Below, in pieces: positions 46,965-56,578 of a stretch of 64,000 bases of DNA (the stretch's first letter is position 1; the number at the start of each line of letters is the position of its first letter). The notes under the pieces are model-generated. The model was not told the origin of the DNA. It was given only the letters and a program-made list of their open reading frames with translations, and made no database searches. This DNA comes from an uncultured Candidatus Saccharibacteria bacterium (lineage in GTDB: Bacteria; Patescibacteriota; UBA1384; XYA2-FULL-43-10; 1-14-0-10-43-13), in the NCBI GenBank assembly GCA_964406145.1, contig CAYOQP010000002.1, positions 13,537 to 77,536 of the forward strand, given 5' to 3'. Made by a program: the position numbers and the translations under genes.

Positions 46965-48113
46965 TTATTGTACAGTTACGCTTGATTCTGGTGGAATAAC
47001 ACAAATCCAGAACTGTCCTCGATTAAAAATAATTTCTTGATTGTTTTCGTCATAAAATATTTCGCGATCTGATGCAGAATTTTTCTTCCAAGTTCCAGTT
47101 ATGGTTTTGCCGTCTAGAAAAATTTTAGCCGAACCAGATCCAACTGTTGTCATTTGAAACCCTGCCTCGTTGATTCTGGTTGTGACTGCTTTTCTATTTA
47201 CTGTCATAACGATGATATTTTTTGGCGAAATTTGATCTTTGGTAATTTTGTCAACATGAGCTTTGCCACCTTGGAATCTTTTATATGAGTTGGTTGCTTT
47301 GTCATAATCAAAGTAAACATCATATGATGCACTAGAAAAATCAACGTTTATTCTTTGTTTTTCTGGCAAAACGAGTGTTGGGTCTGCGGCATCTTTGAAT
47401 TTATAGACTGCAAAGTTGTTTTCGGTTGGATATCCATTTGTGGCAGCTTGTTCCCAAAGTTTCTCGGTTGAAGAATACATTGTGTGTTCTGAAGCTAACC
47501 CAGCGGCATATTCGCGAGCGTAAGGCTTCGAATAGGCGAACTGATCCAGGTCATAAGTTTTTTCAGCCTTGATCTTGTCTAGCGCGTCCATATTTCCACC
47601 AACATGAGCGATATAGGCGTTATAGCCATGAGCCCAATCGACGAAATACGTTCTAACCGATCTAATCGGTCCGACTTTCTCGGCTTGATGTGTGCTAAAA
47701 AGTGCTAAGAATCTTGTGATTCCTCCTTCGGCAATTGCTTCATAAACGACACTCGCCTTGTCGAGGCCTGCTTGTGGTCTAGCATCGACGTGATTTTCAA
47801 CAATTACTCCTAGAGGATGACGAGTAGAAGAATCTTTATCAACCATTAAACCATCCAATACATTGGCATAGGTCATCGGTGTTTCAGTAACAACAACCTC
47901 TGGTTGCTCGATATTAGTAGTCTGTGTTGTTTGCGGTTTCTCGTGTCTCAGAAAGAAAAAACCGATTGCCGATAAAACTATTATCGCCAGAATAATAGAT
48001 CCGATGATGATAATTATTTTTTTGTTTTTTTTGAAATATCTTTTAAATTTAGAGTCAAGTTGTCCGCTGTTGATGACAATCTGTTCTTTGTTTTGATTTT
48101 CTCTCTCCTCCAT
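46965..48113 (-). CDS. DUF3048-domain protein (YerB-like), membrane-anchored
   Basis: N-terminal TM; HPLGVIVENHVDARPQAGL...VVYEAIAEGGITRFLALF. Confidence 0.6.
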   Translation of the reverse strand: MEERENQNKEQIVINSGQLDSKFKRYFKKNKKIIIIIGSIILAIIVLSAIGFFFLRHEKPQTTQTTNIEQPEVVVTETPMTYANVLDGLMVDKDSSTRHPLGVIVENHVDARPQAGLDKASVVYEAIAEGGITRFLALFSTHQAEKVGPIRSVRTYFVDWAHGYNAYIAHVGGNMDALDKIKAEKTYDLDQFAYSKPYAREYAAGLASEHTMYSSTEKLWEQAATNGYPTENNFAVYKFKDAADPTLVLPEKQRINVDFSSASYDVYFDYDKATNSYKRFQGGKAHVDKITKDQISPKNIIVMTVNRKAVTTRINEAGFQMTTVGSGSAKIFLDGKTITGTWKKNSASDREIFYDENNQEIIFNRGQFWICVIPPESSVTVQ

Positions 48114-48126
48114 TGCACTCCTTAAA

Positions 48127-49059
48127 TTAATGCCAGTCTGCTAATATGCCCTTTTTGCCTTCTAGTCTTTGAATATAGTCGAAACATGAAAGGGCAGCTT
48201 TGGCGCCCTCGCCTGCCGAGACAACTATTTGTTTGACTGGAGTTTGAGTTAGATCTCCAGCGGCAAATATGCCTTCGATTGAAGTTGATTGGCGACCGTC
48301 GACTATTACCTGGTTTATTTGATCCATATCAACAAGACCTTGAATCAGCGATCGGTCGATAATAAAACCAATTTCAACAATAACACCATCAGTTGCTAAA
48401 TTTTTGCCAGATTTTAATTTTACGCTTTCAACTTTTGCTTCGCCTATTATTTCTGAAACTTCTTCGTTCATTAAAATCTCAATGTTTTTTAAGCCTTTGA
48501 CTTGTTGAAGCAAGGCCTCTTCTCCGCGGAATTCATTTCCTCGATAAATGAGATAAACCTTTTTGGCGACGGCCGCTGAGACGATGGTCGCTTCAAGGGC
48601 TGAATTTCCACCACCAACAACGCAAACATTTTTGTCTTTAAAGAATGGAGCGTCACATGTTGCGCAATAAGTAACCCCCCTGCCCTTAAGATTTTCCTCA
48701 CCCGGAACGTTGAGCTCTCTTGGTTTTTTGCCAAAAGCAAGTATTATCGACTTGGCTTGATATATTTCTCTGATGGTCTTAACTGTAAACTTCTTGTCTT
48801 TTTTAATTTCCTTGGCCTCATCAAATAATATTTCAGTGCCAAACTTTTTAGCTTGATCAAAAAGTTTTTTGGCTAGCTCGGTTCCAGAGACTTTTTCGAG
48901 TCCAGGATAATTTTCTATTTCACCAGTTCGAGTTATTTGGCCACCAATATCTTTTGTAATCAGCAAAGTTGCAAGACCGCGTCTTGAACAATATATGCCG
49001 GCGGTCAATCCAGCGGGTCCTCCACCGATAATAATAACGTCATACATTTTTTCGTTCAT
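48127..49059 (-). CDS. trxB: thioredoxin-disulfide reductase
   Basis: IIIGGGPAG FAD motif; CATC redox centre. Confidence 0.9.
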   Translation of the reverse strand: MNEKMYDVIIIGGGPAGLTAGIYCSRRGLATLLITKDIGGQITRTGEIENYPGLEKVSGTELAKKLFDQAKKFGTEILFDEAKEIKKDKKFTVKTIREIYQAKSIILAFGKKPRELNVPGEENLKGRGVTYCATCDAPFFKDKNVCVVGGGNSALEATIVSAAVAKKVYLIYRGNEFRGEEALLQQVKGLKNIEILMNEEVSEIIGEAKVESVKLKSGKNLATDGVIVEIGFIIDRSLIQGLVDMDQINQVIVDGRQSTSIEGIFAAGDLTQTPVKQIVVSAGEGAKAALSCFDYIQRLEGKKGILADWH

Positions 49060-50303
49060 GAAAGGATTCCTCTATTTCTTGTGGCCTTGCCGACTCGATC
49101 AATAGCGAGGGCAAAGGCCGCTTCTCTTAATGTACATTTTTTGACTAATGTAAAATTATAAATATCACCAAATGCCTGAGTCATAATCTCGCGAAGTCTT
49201 GACTCAACTTTTTCTAGCGACCAATAATAACGTGATAAATTTTGAACCCATTCAAAGTAACTTACAGTAACGCCACCAGCATTGGCGAGAACGTCAGGAA
49301 TCACATCAATCTCTCTCTTCGCTAATAGCTTATCTGCTTCTGGTGTGGTCGGGCCGTTGGCCAATTCAAGTATTACTTTGGCCTTTATTTCCTTTGCGAT
49401 ATCACTTGTAATAGCGTTTTCCAGTGCAGCTGGGACGAGTATATCTGTTTTTAATGTTAGCAGTGAATTATTTTCAACATTTTTTGTGCCATTCATGTTT
49501 TTGACTGAACCAGTCTTCTTTTTATGGGCCATGGCTTGAATCGGATCTATACCAACACTTGAATAAATAGCACCGCGAGAGTCTGATATTCCAACAATAG
49601 TAATTCCCTCTTCATGAAGAAGTTTGGCAATATTATATCCAGCATTTCCGAATCCCTGAACAATGGCCGTCATATTTTTGGCTATAAGCTTGTGGCTATT
49701 TAGATATTCCATCAAAACAAATTTACCACCGGCAGCTGTTGCAGTATCTCTTCCAAGTGATCCCTCGTTTTCCAATGGTTTTCCAGTAACTACAGCTGGA
49801 GAATGTTCGCGTAAGATCTTGCTATATTCATCCATAACCCATGCCATGATTTTGGCATTTGTATTGACATCCGGGGCAGGGACATCTTTTTTAGGGCCAA
49901 TGAATTCAAATATTTTATCGATGTAGCCGCGAGTTAAATGTTCTAATTCGTGTTCAGATAAGGTTTTGGGATCAACCATAATTCCACCCTTGGCACCACC
50001 AAAGGGAATATTTACAACGGCACATTTAATAGTCATCCAAAGTGATAGAGCTTTAACTTCATCAATATTCACTCCTTGGTGATAACGGATGCCGCCTTTG
50101 TATGGCCCACGAGCATTGTTGTGCTGTATGCGGAAACCCTCAAAAACCTTAATTTTCCCATCATTCATTTTTAAGGGAATCGAGACCTGCAAAATTTTTT
50201 GAGGATATTTTAATATTTCAATCATTTCGTTATCGCAATCAGAAAAACGAGCGGCGGCCTCTATCTGTCTAACAGCGTTTAGATATGGATTTGTTTCTTT
50301 CAT
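49056..50303 (-). CDS. gdhA: Glu/Leu/Phe/Val dehydrogenase (glutamate dehydrogenase)
   Basis: FGGAKGGIMVDPK active-site region. Confidence 0.9.
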   Translation of the reverse strand: MKETNPYLNAVRQIEAAARFSDCDNEMIEILKYPQKILQVSIPLKMNDGKIKVFEGFRIQHNNARGPYKGGIRYHQGVNIDEVKALSLWMTIKCAVVNIPFGGAKGGIMVDPKTLSEHELEHLTRGYIDKIFEFIGPKKDVPAPDVNTNAKIMAWVMDEYSKILREHSPAVVTGKPLENEGSLGRDTATAAGGKFVLMEYLNSHKLIAKNMTAIVQGFGNAGYNIAKLLHEEGITIVGISDSRGAIYSSVGIDPIQAMAHKKKTGSVKNMNGTKNVENNSLLTLKTDILVPAALENAITSDIAKEIKAKVILELANGPTTPEADKLLAKREIDVIPDVLANAGGVTVSYFEWVQNLSRYYWSLEKVESRLREIMTQAFGDIYNFTLVKKCTLREAAFALAIDRVGKATRNRGILS

Positions 50304-50308
50304 ATATT

Positions 50309-50587
50309 CTATAAATTAATTTGAACTCTTATTAATAAAAATTTAAATAGTGACCAAACTATTAAAGAAATGGTTCGTATTGCTGGCCAACCACTTGGAA
50401 ATAGAATGACAAATATTACCACAAAAATCCAGTGTCCGTGTTTAAACATAGAAACAAGCGACCAGACGAGTAGCAGTAAAAGTGTTAAGGATACAAAAAA
50501 CTGAACGCCTGTCGGAAAACCGGCGATGAAACCATCATAGAATGTAAAAATGTAATCCAATATTTTCATGCTATTTCTTGCCCACAA
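50309..50587 (-). CDS. small hydrophobic protein (hypothetical)
   Basis: Two TM helices; weak evidence. Confidence 0.3.
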   Translation of the reverse strand: MWARNSMKILDYIFTFYDGFIAGFPTGVQFFVSLTLLLLLVWSLVSMFKHGHWIFVVIFVILFPSGWPAIRTISLIVWSLFKFLLIRVQINL

Positions 50588-51434
50588 CCATCACGATGTC
50601 GTAGGTGCCACATATGGCTTCGTTGTTTTCCTCTATTATTGTTCTGGTTGGAAATAGGAGTTTTATTGCATCAGCGTTTGTTTTGAAGGCGGTTTTGTAA
50701 TAAATGTATGTACTTTGATAAGTAAACACTTTCGCATTACCCAAGAAACCAACCACGTAGCCGTCGGCCTCCAACGTTTTCTTTATTGTGTTAGCTGAAC
50801 CTGTTATGCCATTGCCGTTTAGCAGTTTGAGCTTAATAGCTGACTTTGCTGTTGTTGTGACAGTTGCAGGAGTTGTTGTTTGTGCTGGTGCAGTTATTGG
50901 AGTAGTTGTCTGGGCTGTCGAGCCGGTTGTTGCTGGCGCAGTTGTGGTCCCAGTAGAATAATCTTGGGGTACTATTTTGACAGTTTGTGTGATGTTGCCA
51001 CCCGTACCATCCTCTTTGCCTGTTTGGGTATTGTAAAAATCCTTTATCTTCTCAAAGTTTTGAAAAGCTAAAAGCGATAGTGCAAAAACCAACAAAAACA
51101 ACAAAAGCCAACGATTAAAAATTCTCTCAAATAAGGATTTTTCCGGGATAGATTTTGCCTTTGACTTTTGGGTTTCTTTGGTCTTCGGTGTTTTGTCGAA
51201 GAAACTTTCAAAATCAGCTACTTTTGAAGGCGCTTTTTCTTCTGTCTTTTCCTCGACTTTTTTTTCTGCAATCTCTTCCTTTGCCTTTTTTGGCTCTGGT
51301 TCGGGAGATTTTTCTGAAGTTTTAATTTTCACTTCCTCTGGTTCATTTTCAATCACAGGAAGCTCATGCGATGGTTTTGCATGATCAGAAAAACGCGAGT
51401 GCTTTCTTGGTTGTATATCGTTTGATATTCCCAC
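50571..51434 (-). CDS. LytR_C (cell envelope-related) domain protein with Thr-rich linker
   Basis: TM anchor; TTAPATTGSTAQTTTPITAPAQTTTP linker; C-terminal LKLLNGNGITGSA...GYVVGFLGNA. Confidence 0.6.
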   Translation of the reverse strand: MGISNDIQPRKHSRFSDHAKPSHELPVIENEPEEVKIKTSEKSPEPEPKKAKEEIAEKKVEEKTEEKAPSKVADFESFFDKTPKTKETQKSKAKSIPEKSLFERIFNRWLLLFLLVFALSLLAFQNFEKIKDFYNTQTGKEDGTGGNITQTVKIVPQDYSTGTTTAPATTGSTAQTTTPITAPAQTTTPATVTTTAKSAIKLKLLNGNGITGSANTIKKTLEADGYVVGFLGNAKVFTYQSTYIYYKTAFKTNADAIKLLFPTRTIIEENNEAICGTYDIVMVVGKK

Positions 51435-51521
51435 GTGCCCCTCACTTATGGTTTTCTAAATTATAGCACAACTAAGTTTGTTGTCTATTTGAGATCTATA
51501 AAAAAGTTTAATTAAATAGTT

Positions 51522-52133
51522 TTATCGAAATTTTCTGATCACACCTTTGACTTTGCCCTGTATAGTGACGCGTTCTTTTTTAAACAACATTGGCTGCATG
51601 GTGTGGTTAGCTGGCTGAAGCCGAACGTTATTTTTTTCCTGATAAAAACGTTTTAGTGTCGCATTAGCGTTATCGATCAAGGCCACAACAATGTCGCCAT
51701 TCTTAGGTGAGGCAGTTTGCTCGATGATAACATAGTCACCTTCTAATATACCATCTTCAATCATTGACTCGCCTCTGACTCTTAGAGCAAAAGTCCGTCG
51801 TCCAAGCATGTCTCTTGGAATATCAATGGTTTCGTTGGTACGGATTGCCTCAATTGGTCTACCAGCGTCGATGATACCCAAAAGTTGAATTGAATGGAGC
51901 TCTATGCCGTCATCAAAAGTTGGTGTTAGTTGAATCGCCCTAGCTTCCATGGCATCTTTGGTTAGATAACCTTTCTCGGCCAAGATACTGACATATTCGG
52001 CGATAGTGCCTGTTGAAGAGAGTTCAAAATAATGGGCTATTTCACGATAGCTAGGTGCATAGCCATTTTCATCAATAAAATTACGTATATAGTCTAATAT
52101 TTCCTTTTGTCTGCGAGTGAGCGGTTCCATTTT
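51522..52133 (-). CDS. lexA: LexA repressor
   Basis: wHTH N-terminus (LTRRQKEILDYI); S24 peptidase with RVRGESM and K in GKV. Confidence 0.85.
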   Translation of the reverse strand, partial: KMEPLTRRQKEILDYIRNFIDENGYAPSYREIAHYFELSSTGTIAEYVSILAEKGYLTKDAMEARAIQLTPTFDDGIELHSIQLLGIIDAGRPIEAIRTNETIDIPRDMLGRRTFALRVRGESMIEDGILEGDYVIIEQTASPKNGDIVVALIDNANATLKRFYQEKNNVRLQPANHTMQPMLFKKERVTIQGKVKGVIRKFR

Positions 52134-52561
52134 GTTCGGTCTCCTTATGCTTACATTATCGAACAAAAACCAAACAAAAGTCAAACAAAATCTGTGGATA
52201 AATCTATCTTTGTTTAGCTATTGACAAAAAAATAAGCTAGGACTATATTACCTTCTAAGGTGAGGTAGTTGCTGGCTAGCAGTTCCCCACGATGACTCGA
52301 CGCACGGCTTTGTGTGAGTTCCGCCATGGTTTCAACCTTGGTATTCTCTATCCCTGGGATACCATCCCAAACTGCCCAACGTCTCTCGTCGTCTGCAAAC
52401 GAGCGCAAATCCCCGCAGCAATGCGTCCGTTCGTTAGCAATTACCGCTTAGCCTTCCGTCAGTGCCACCAGATGGTGGCCCTCTACCTCACCGACTTCTT
52501 TCCGAGATCCGTCACGGCCTATGCCTTGACGGATCTTGACTTTTGTAGCCCGTATTTAGTC

Positions 52562-52780
52562 TTGACAAAGTTATATAAAAAATGTAGAAATAATATGCCA
52601 ATCGCTAGCTTGTCGTCGCGGGGAGACGCCAAGAAGACGATTGGTTTGCCGCCGTGGGGACGCCCACTTTTCCACTGGAGGAGCCTGATTCAGCCCTGTT
52701 TCAGGCTCCTCATAACACACCCGACACATTCAAGGTGATGAGTTTGAGGAAACATGTCCATTGGTTGGACTTTTTTTAAT
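52562..52780 (+). ncRNA. candidate small RNA (promoter TTGACA-17-TAGAAA, 11-bp perfect hairpin, 3' intrinsic terminator) partly antisense to the rlmD 3' end
   Basis: Promoter 52562-52590. Hairpin GAGGAGCCTGA/TCAGGCTCCTC at about 52679-52712. Terminator GUCCA-UUGGU-UGGAC followed by U7 at about 52755-52777. Confidence 0.3.
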
Positions 52781-54000
52781 TCTAGACCATAAGTTTTAAA
52801 TTCTTTGATATCTCTAGCAAAAGTTGCTGGATTGCATGAAACATATATGATCGACTGAAAATTTGTCTGTGAAATCACTTTGATTAACTCTTTGTTCAAT
52901 CCGGCTCGTGGCGGATCAATAATTATTTTGTCAAATTTTTCTCGCTTATTCTTGATAAGCCACATCGTGGCATCGTCGCAAACGAAATCAATATTACTAA
53001 CTTTATTAATTTTTGCATTTGATTTCGCATCATTAACTGCACTTTGAACGACTTCGACACCAAAGACTTTTTTGGCGATAGTTGAGAGGTAAATTCCGAT
53101 TGTGCCAGTACCACAATAAAGGTCTAGCACGTTCTCACCAAATTTAATTTCAGCAAATTCTTTAATTTTGTCATAGAGATTTTTTACACCTAAAGAATTG
53201 GTCTGAAAAAATGAATCAGGCGAAATTTGAAAAGAGTATTTGCCGATTTTCTCATAAATGATTGGTGAGCCATAAAGTAAACGTCTTTTGACATTATGAA
53301 GCGAGCGATTGTGTGTAATTGTGTGATATATCGACTTAATCTCAACAATTTCTTTTAATGCGACTTTCAAATCTTTTTCTTTTATTAGTTCATCCGTGTC
53401 GGTGATCAATTCAACCATTGTTTCGTTGGTGAATTTTCCTTCTCGAATTTTTACTTGGTAAAAACCGTTCAAAGATTCTCTGTCGAGGTTAACAATTTCT
53501 AATATTGTATTTAAAATCTTGTTTGATCTCTCTGATTGCAAAAGACAGCTTTCTGCCTCAACAAAACCATCTTCGAAAAGATAATTATGGCGGGTAAATA
53601 TTTTTTGGCCCGAAGGTTTTTCAATTAAAAAAAATCGGATGGAGTTTCTATAATAAAAAGGCTCACTTGTTTGAATTATCGGCAAAACATCAGTTTTAAT
53701 GCCTTGCCTATCAAGAGTTTCTCGAAAAACCTCTTCCTTGAATTTGAGCTGATTTTGATAGTTAATATTTTGATGCTCACAGCCGCCACATTCGGAAAAA
53801 TATTGACATGGCGGCTCAATACGATCTTTTGACGGCTCAATTATTTTCTTGATCACTGCTTCACAGTAGCTCTTTTTTTGTTTAGAGATCTCGACTTCCA
53901 ATATATCTCCGGGCACACTTTTTTTGACAAAAATAGCCTGACCGTCATTGTGGCCTATCCCCCATCCTTCGTAGATAAGTTTCTCGATTTCGATTTTCAT
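52690..54000 (-). CDS. rlmD: 23S rRNA (uracil-5)-methyltransferase RlmD/RumA family
   Basis: TRAM domain; Fe-S Cys cluster (C..CGGC); class-I SAM methyltransferase motifs; FPQTHHLE C-terminus. Confidence 0.85.
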   Translation of the reverse strand: MKIEIEKLIYEGWGIGHNDGQAIFVKKSVPGDILEVEISKQKKSYCEAVIKKIIEPSKDRIEPPCQYFSECGGCEHQNINYQNQLKFKEEVFRETLDRQGIKTDVLPIIQTSEPFYYRNSIRFFLIEKPSGQKIFTRHNYLFEDGFVEAESCLLQSERSNKILNTILEIVNLDRESLNGFYQVKIREGKFTNETMVELITDTDELIKEKDLKVALKEIVEIKSIYHTITHNRSLHNVKRRLLYGSPIIYEKIGKYSFQISPDSFFQTNSLGVKNLYDKIKEFAEIKFGENVLDLYCGTGTIGIYLSTIAKKVFGVEVVQSAVNDAKSNAKINKVSNIDFVCDDATMWLIKNKREKFDKIIIDPPRAGLNKELIKVISQTNFQSIIYVSCNPATFARDIKEFKTYGLELKKVQPMDMFPQTHHLECVGCVMRSLKQG

Positions 54001-54071
54001 TTTATAATACTTCGGCTGGCAGGCCATCCTTCGTAGATCAATTCCTCAATTTCAATTTTCAAAATAGTTGA

Positions 54072-54725
54072 TTAACCACGAGGCGTGGTCAGCTTGCATT
54101 TACCGGTTTTGACGATATTATTGTCAGCGTCCAGAAGATCGATGCGGACGACTCCGCTGCCGCCCTCAATGAATTTATATTTGGTCTCGGAGATTTGTAC
54201 GAACCAGTAGCCACCTTCTTCAATAGTTGCAACTAAATGTGTGCCATCTGGTCTGGCGAAATCAAGTCTAATATCGGTGTTAAGCGGATCAACCAGATAG
54301 TAGCCGCTCATTGAGCCCGTGGTTAACTGTTCTGGCACAATATTCGTCAAGTCGTATTTCGCTGTAATAATTAGAGCTGTTGTGTCGATAACTGGAGTCG
54401 GATTTGTCTCTGGTATTATTGTGTTTGTTGGGGTTGTTGTAGTTGTGCTCGATGAAGCTACTGGTTTTGTTGTTTGAGTTGTTGTGACTTGTGGAGTTTG
54501 GGTTATTGTTGGCTGTTCCTCTGTATTTTGAGATATTTCTATTTCTGCTGTTTCCTTTTGAAATTGAGCAAAATTTTCTTGTTCGATTCTATTACGCTTG
54601 ACTTCATCATGTTTTTTGATTTGTGGCTGTTTAATAAATATAAAATAAGACAGAGTTGTAATAATCAAAATAAAAATACTCCAAATTGAAATCAAAATTA
54701 TTTTTTTCTTCCCCGGCTCAATCAT
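54072..54725 (-). CDS. membrane-anchored hypothetical protein with Thr-rich linker
   Basis: TM anchor, T-rich stretch, C-terminal globular region. Confidence 0.45.
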   Translation of the reverse strand: MIEPGKKKIILISIWSIFILIITTLSYFIFIKQPQIKKHDEVKRNRIEQENFAQFQKETAEIEISQNTEEQPTITQTPQVTTTQTTKPVASSSTTTTTPTNTIIPETNPTPVIDTTALIITAKYDLTNIVPEQLTTGSMSGYYLVDPLNTDIRLDFARPDGTHLVATIEEGGYWFVQISETKYKFIEGGSGVVRIDLLDADNNIVKTGKCKLTTPRG

Positions 54726-55203
54726 TTGTCTCCTTTGTTTTTCTTATTATATCGAAAAGTGCAATTCCCGTCGCCACGGCAACATTCAGTGAGTTCTTTT
54801 GACCATACATTGGGATTTCTATTATACTGTCGGATAAATCCAATGTGCTCTTTCTGATTCCTTCAATTTCGTTTCCAATAATAATAGCGCAAGATTCCTC
54901 GATGTTTATTTTGGAATATTGGATCGATCGCTTGTCCTGTTCTAAGGCGATAATTTTGACTTCATCTTTTCTCAATTCTGAAATTATTTCCTCAACTTTT
55001 TCATAGTATTCCCAATCGACAAAATCGACGGCGCCAACTGCGGCTCGGTCGATTTCTTTTCGGGGTGGTCTTGGAGTTATACCACAGAGAAATATTTTTA
55101 TAACACCGGCTGCGTCTGCTGTTCGAAAAATAGAACCAACATTTTCCATTGAGCGAATGTTATCTAATATTAGATAGATCTTTTGGGGCTCATTCTGCTT
55201 CAT
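54718..55203 (-). CDS. SpoU/TrmH-family RNA 2'-O-methyltransferase
   Basis: LILDNIRSMENVGSIFRTADAAG and the SPOUT pattern. Confidence 0.8.
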   Translation of the reverse strand: MKQNEPQKIYLILDNIRSMENVGSIFRTADAAGVIKIFLCGITPRPPRKEIDRAAVGAVDFVDWEYYEKVEEIISELRKDEVKIIALEQDKRSIQYSKINIEESCAIIIGNEIEGIRKSTLDLSDSIIEIPMYGQKNSLNVAVATGIALFDIIRKTKETND

Positions 55204-56504
55204 TATAAGCTACAGGTGCATTTGATCAAACGTTTTTTGACCTCTTCGGCAATAACTTTTGAGGAGAAAACTTCCTGTGACGAAGCAGTCAAGTCTCGCA
55301 AAATAATTTCATCCTTAAGAGCTTCTTGCTGACCAATTATGACCGCATACTTAGCATTGAGCTTTGCGGCGCCACGAATTTGCTGTCTTAGACCTTCATT
55401 GGAAGGAACAAAATAAACATTAATGTCTTCTTTGGTCAGAGAATCGTAGATCTTTTTAGAGACTTCCTTGGCTTTCTCGCCAAGCTGAAGAATACAAATT
55501 TCAACACCACGTGGTTCTTCAATCTTTATGTTCTGTTCCTTCATCAAAGAAATTAATCTTTCGACTCCGAAGGAGTAGCCAACGGCTGGAGTTTTTGGCC
55601 CACCAAGAAGCTCGACCAAATCATTATAGCGTCCACCTCCAACGATCGTATTCTGCCTTCCCTTATCGCTCTTCTCGACAATTTCAAAAACAGTTTGAGT
55701 GTAGTAATCAAGTCCGCGTACTAATGTTGGGTCGAGGTCGTATTTTATATTAAAATAGTCCAGATATTCTAATGTCTCTTGAAAATGTTGTTTGCATTCA
55801 GGACAAAGAGAATCTAGCATTATCGGAGCCGATTTGGAAATCTCTTGGCAGTTTTTTTCTTTGCAATCTAGTAATCTTAAGGTATTTGTTTCGTATCGTC
55901 GTTTGCAGTCATCGCAAACTTTTGACAAATTGTCCTTATAATGTTTTTTGAGTTTTGCAATATATTTCGGTCGACATTTTGGACAGCCAATAGAATTGGC
56001 ATAGACCATGAGATTTTTTAATCCCAGTCTATTTAATATCTCCCAGGCAGACATAATAACTAAATAATCAGCTTTAGCACTTGGATCACCGAAGATCTCT
56101 GTGCCAACTTGATAAAACTCTCGGTATCTTCCTTTCTGCGGTCGTTCTCGTCTAAACATTGCGCCAAAATAGAAAAGTCTGACAGGCTGTGACCAGCTAG
56201 CCATACCGTTCTGAACAAACGACCTGACGGCACCAGCAGTTCCTTCTGGTCGCAAAGCGAGGGTTGTGGTGTCATCTTCATTTTTAGAGTCAATCAGAAA
56301 CATTTCTTTCTTGACTATATCTGTGTCGGTGCCTATTCCTCGGGTATAAATTTCGGAGTTTTCAAAATGTGGTAGATCTATTTGGCTGAAACCGAGTCCG
56401 TAGAGAGTAGATTCGGCGACAGATCGAACCTTTGACCAATATGGTTGTTCTTGTGGCAATATGTCTTTAGTGCCGCGAGGGGTTTGAAAGACTTGTTTAG
56501 ACAT
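55203..56504 (-). CDS. hisS: histidyl-tRNA synthetase
   Basis: Class-II motifs; TPRGTKDILP N-terminus; AAGGAG RBS before the chosen ATG. Confidence 0.9.
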   Translation of the reverse strand: MSKQVFQTPRGTKDILPQEQPYWSKVRSVAESTLYGLGFSQIDLPHFENSEIYTRGIGTDTDIVKKEMFLIDSKNEDDTTTLALRPEGTAGAVRSFVQNGMASWSQPVRLFYFGAMFRRERPQKGRYREFYQVGTEIFGDPSAKADYLVIMSAWEILNRLGLKNLMVYANSIGCPKCRPKYIAKLKKHYKDNLSKVCDDCKRRYETNTLRLLDCKEKNCQEISKSAPIMLDSLCPECKQHFQETLEYLDYFNIKYDLDPTLVRGLDYYTQTVFEIVEKSDKGRQNTIVGGGRYNDLVELLGGPKTPAVGYSFGVERLISLMKEQNIKIEEPRGVEICILQLGEKAKEVSKKIYDSLTKEDINVYFVPSNEGLRQQIRGAAKLNAKYAVIIGQQEALKDEIILRDLTASSQEVFSSKVIAEEVKKRLIKCTCSL

Positions 56505-56578
56505 TTTTCTCCTTATTAGTAAAAAGGCTAGTTCTCTAGTGCCAATACTAACAATATTAAATTCAAAAATCAAATGTG

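Noticed and set aside
52130-52175. Possible LexA (SOS) box upstream of lexA.
   Set aside because: Only TGTTCG...CGAACA half-sites separated by 21 nt were found. No GAAC-N4-GTTC or CTGT-N8-ACAG type palindrome, and the lineage-specific box is unknown.
52292-52738. 148-aa plus-strand ORF in the lexA-rlmD spacer.
   Set aside because: Nonsense composition (Cys/Arg/Trp-rich), no RBS, lies in GC-rich noncoding DNA.
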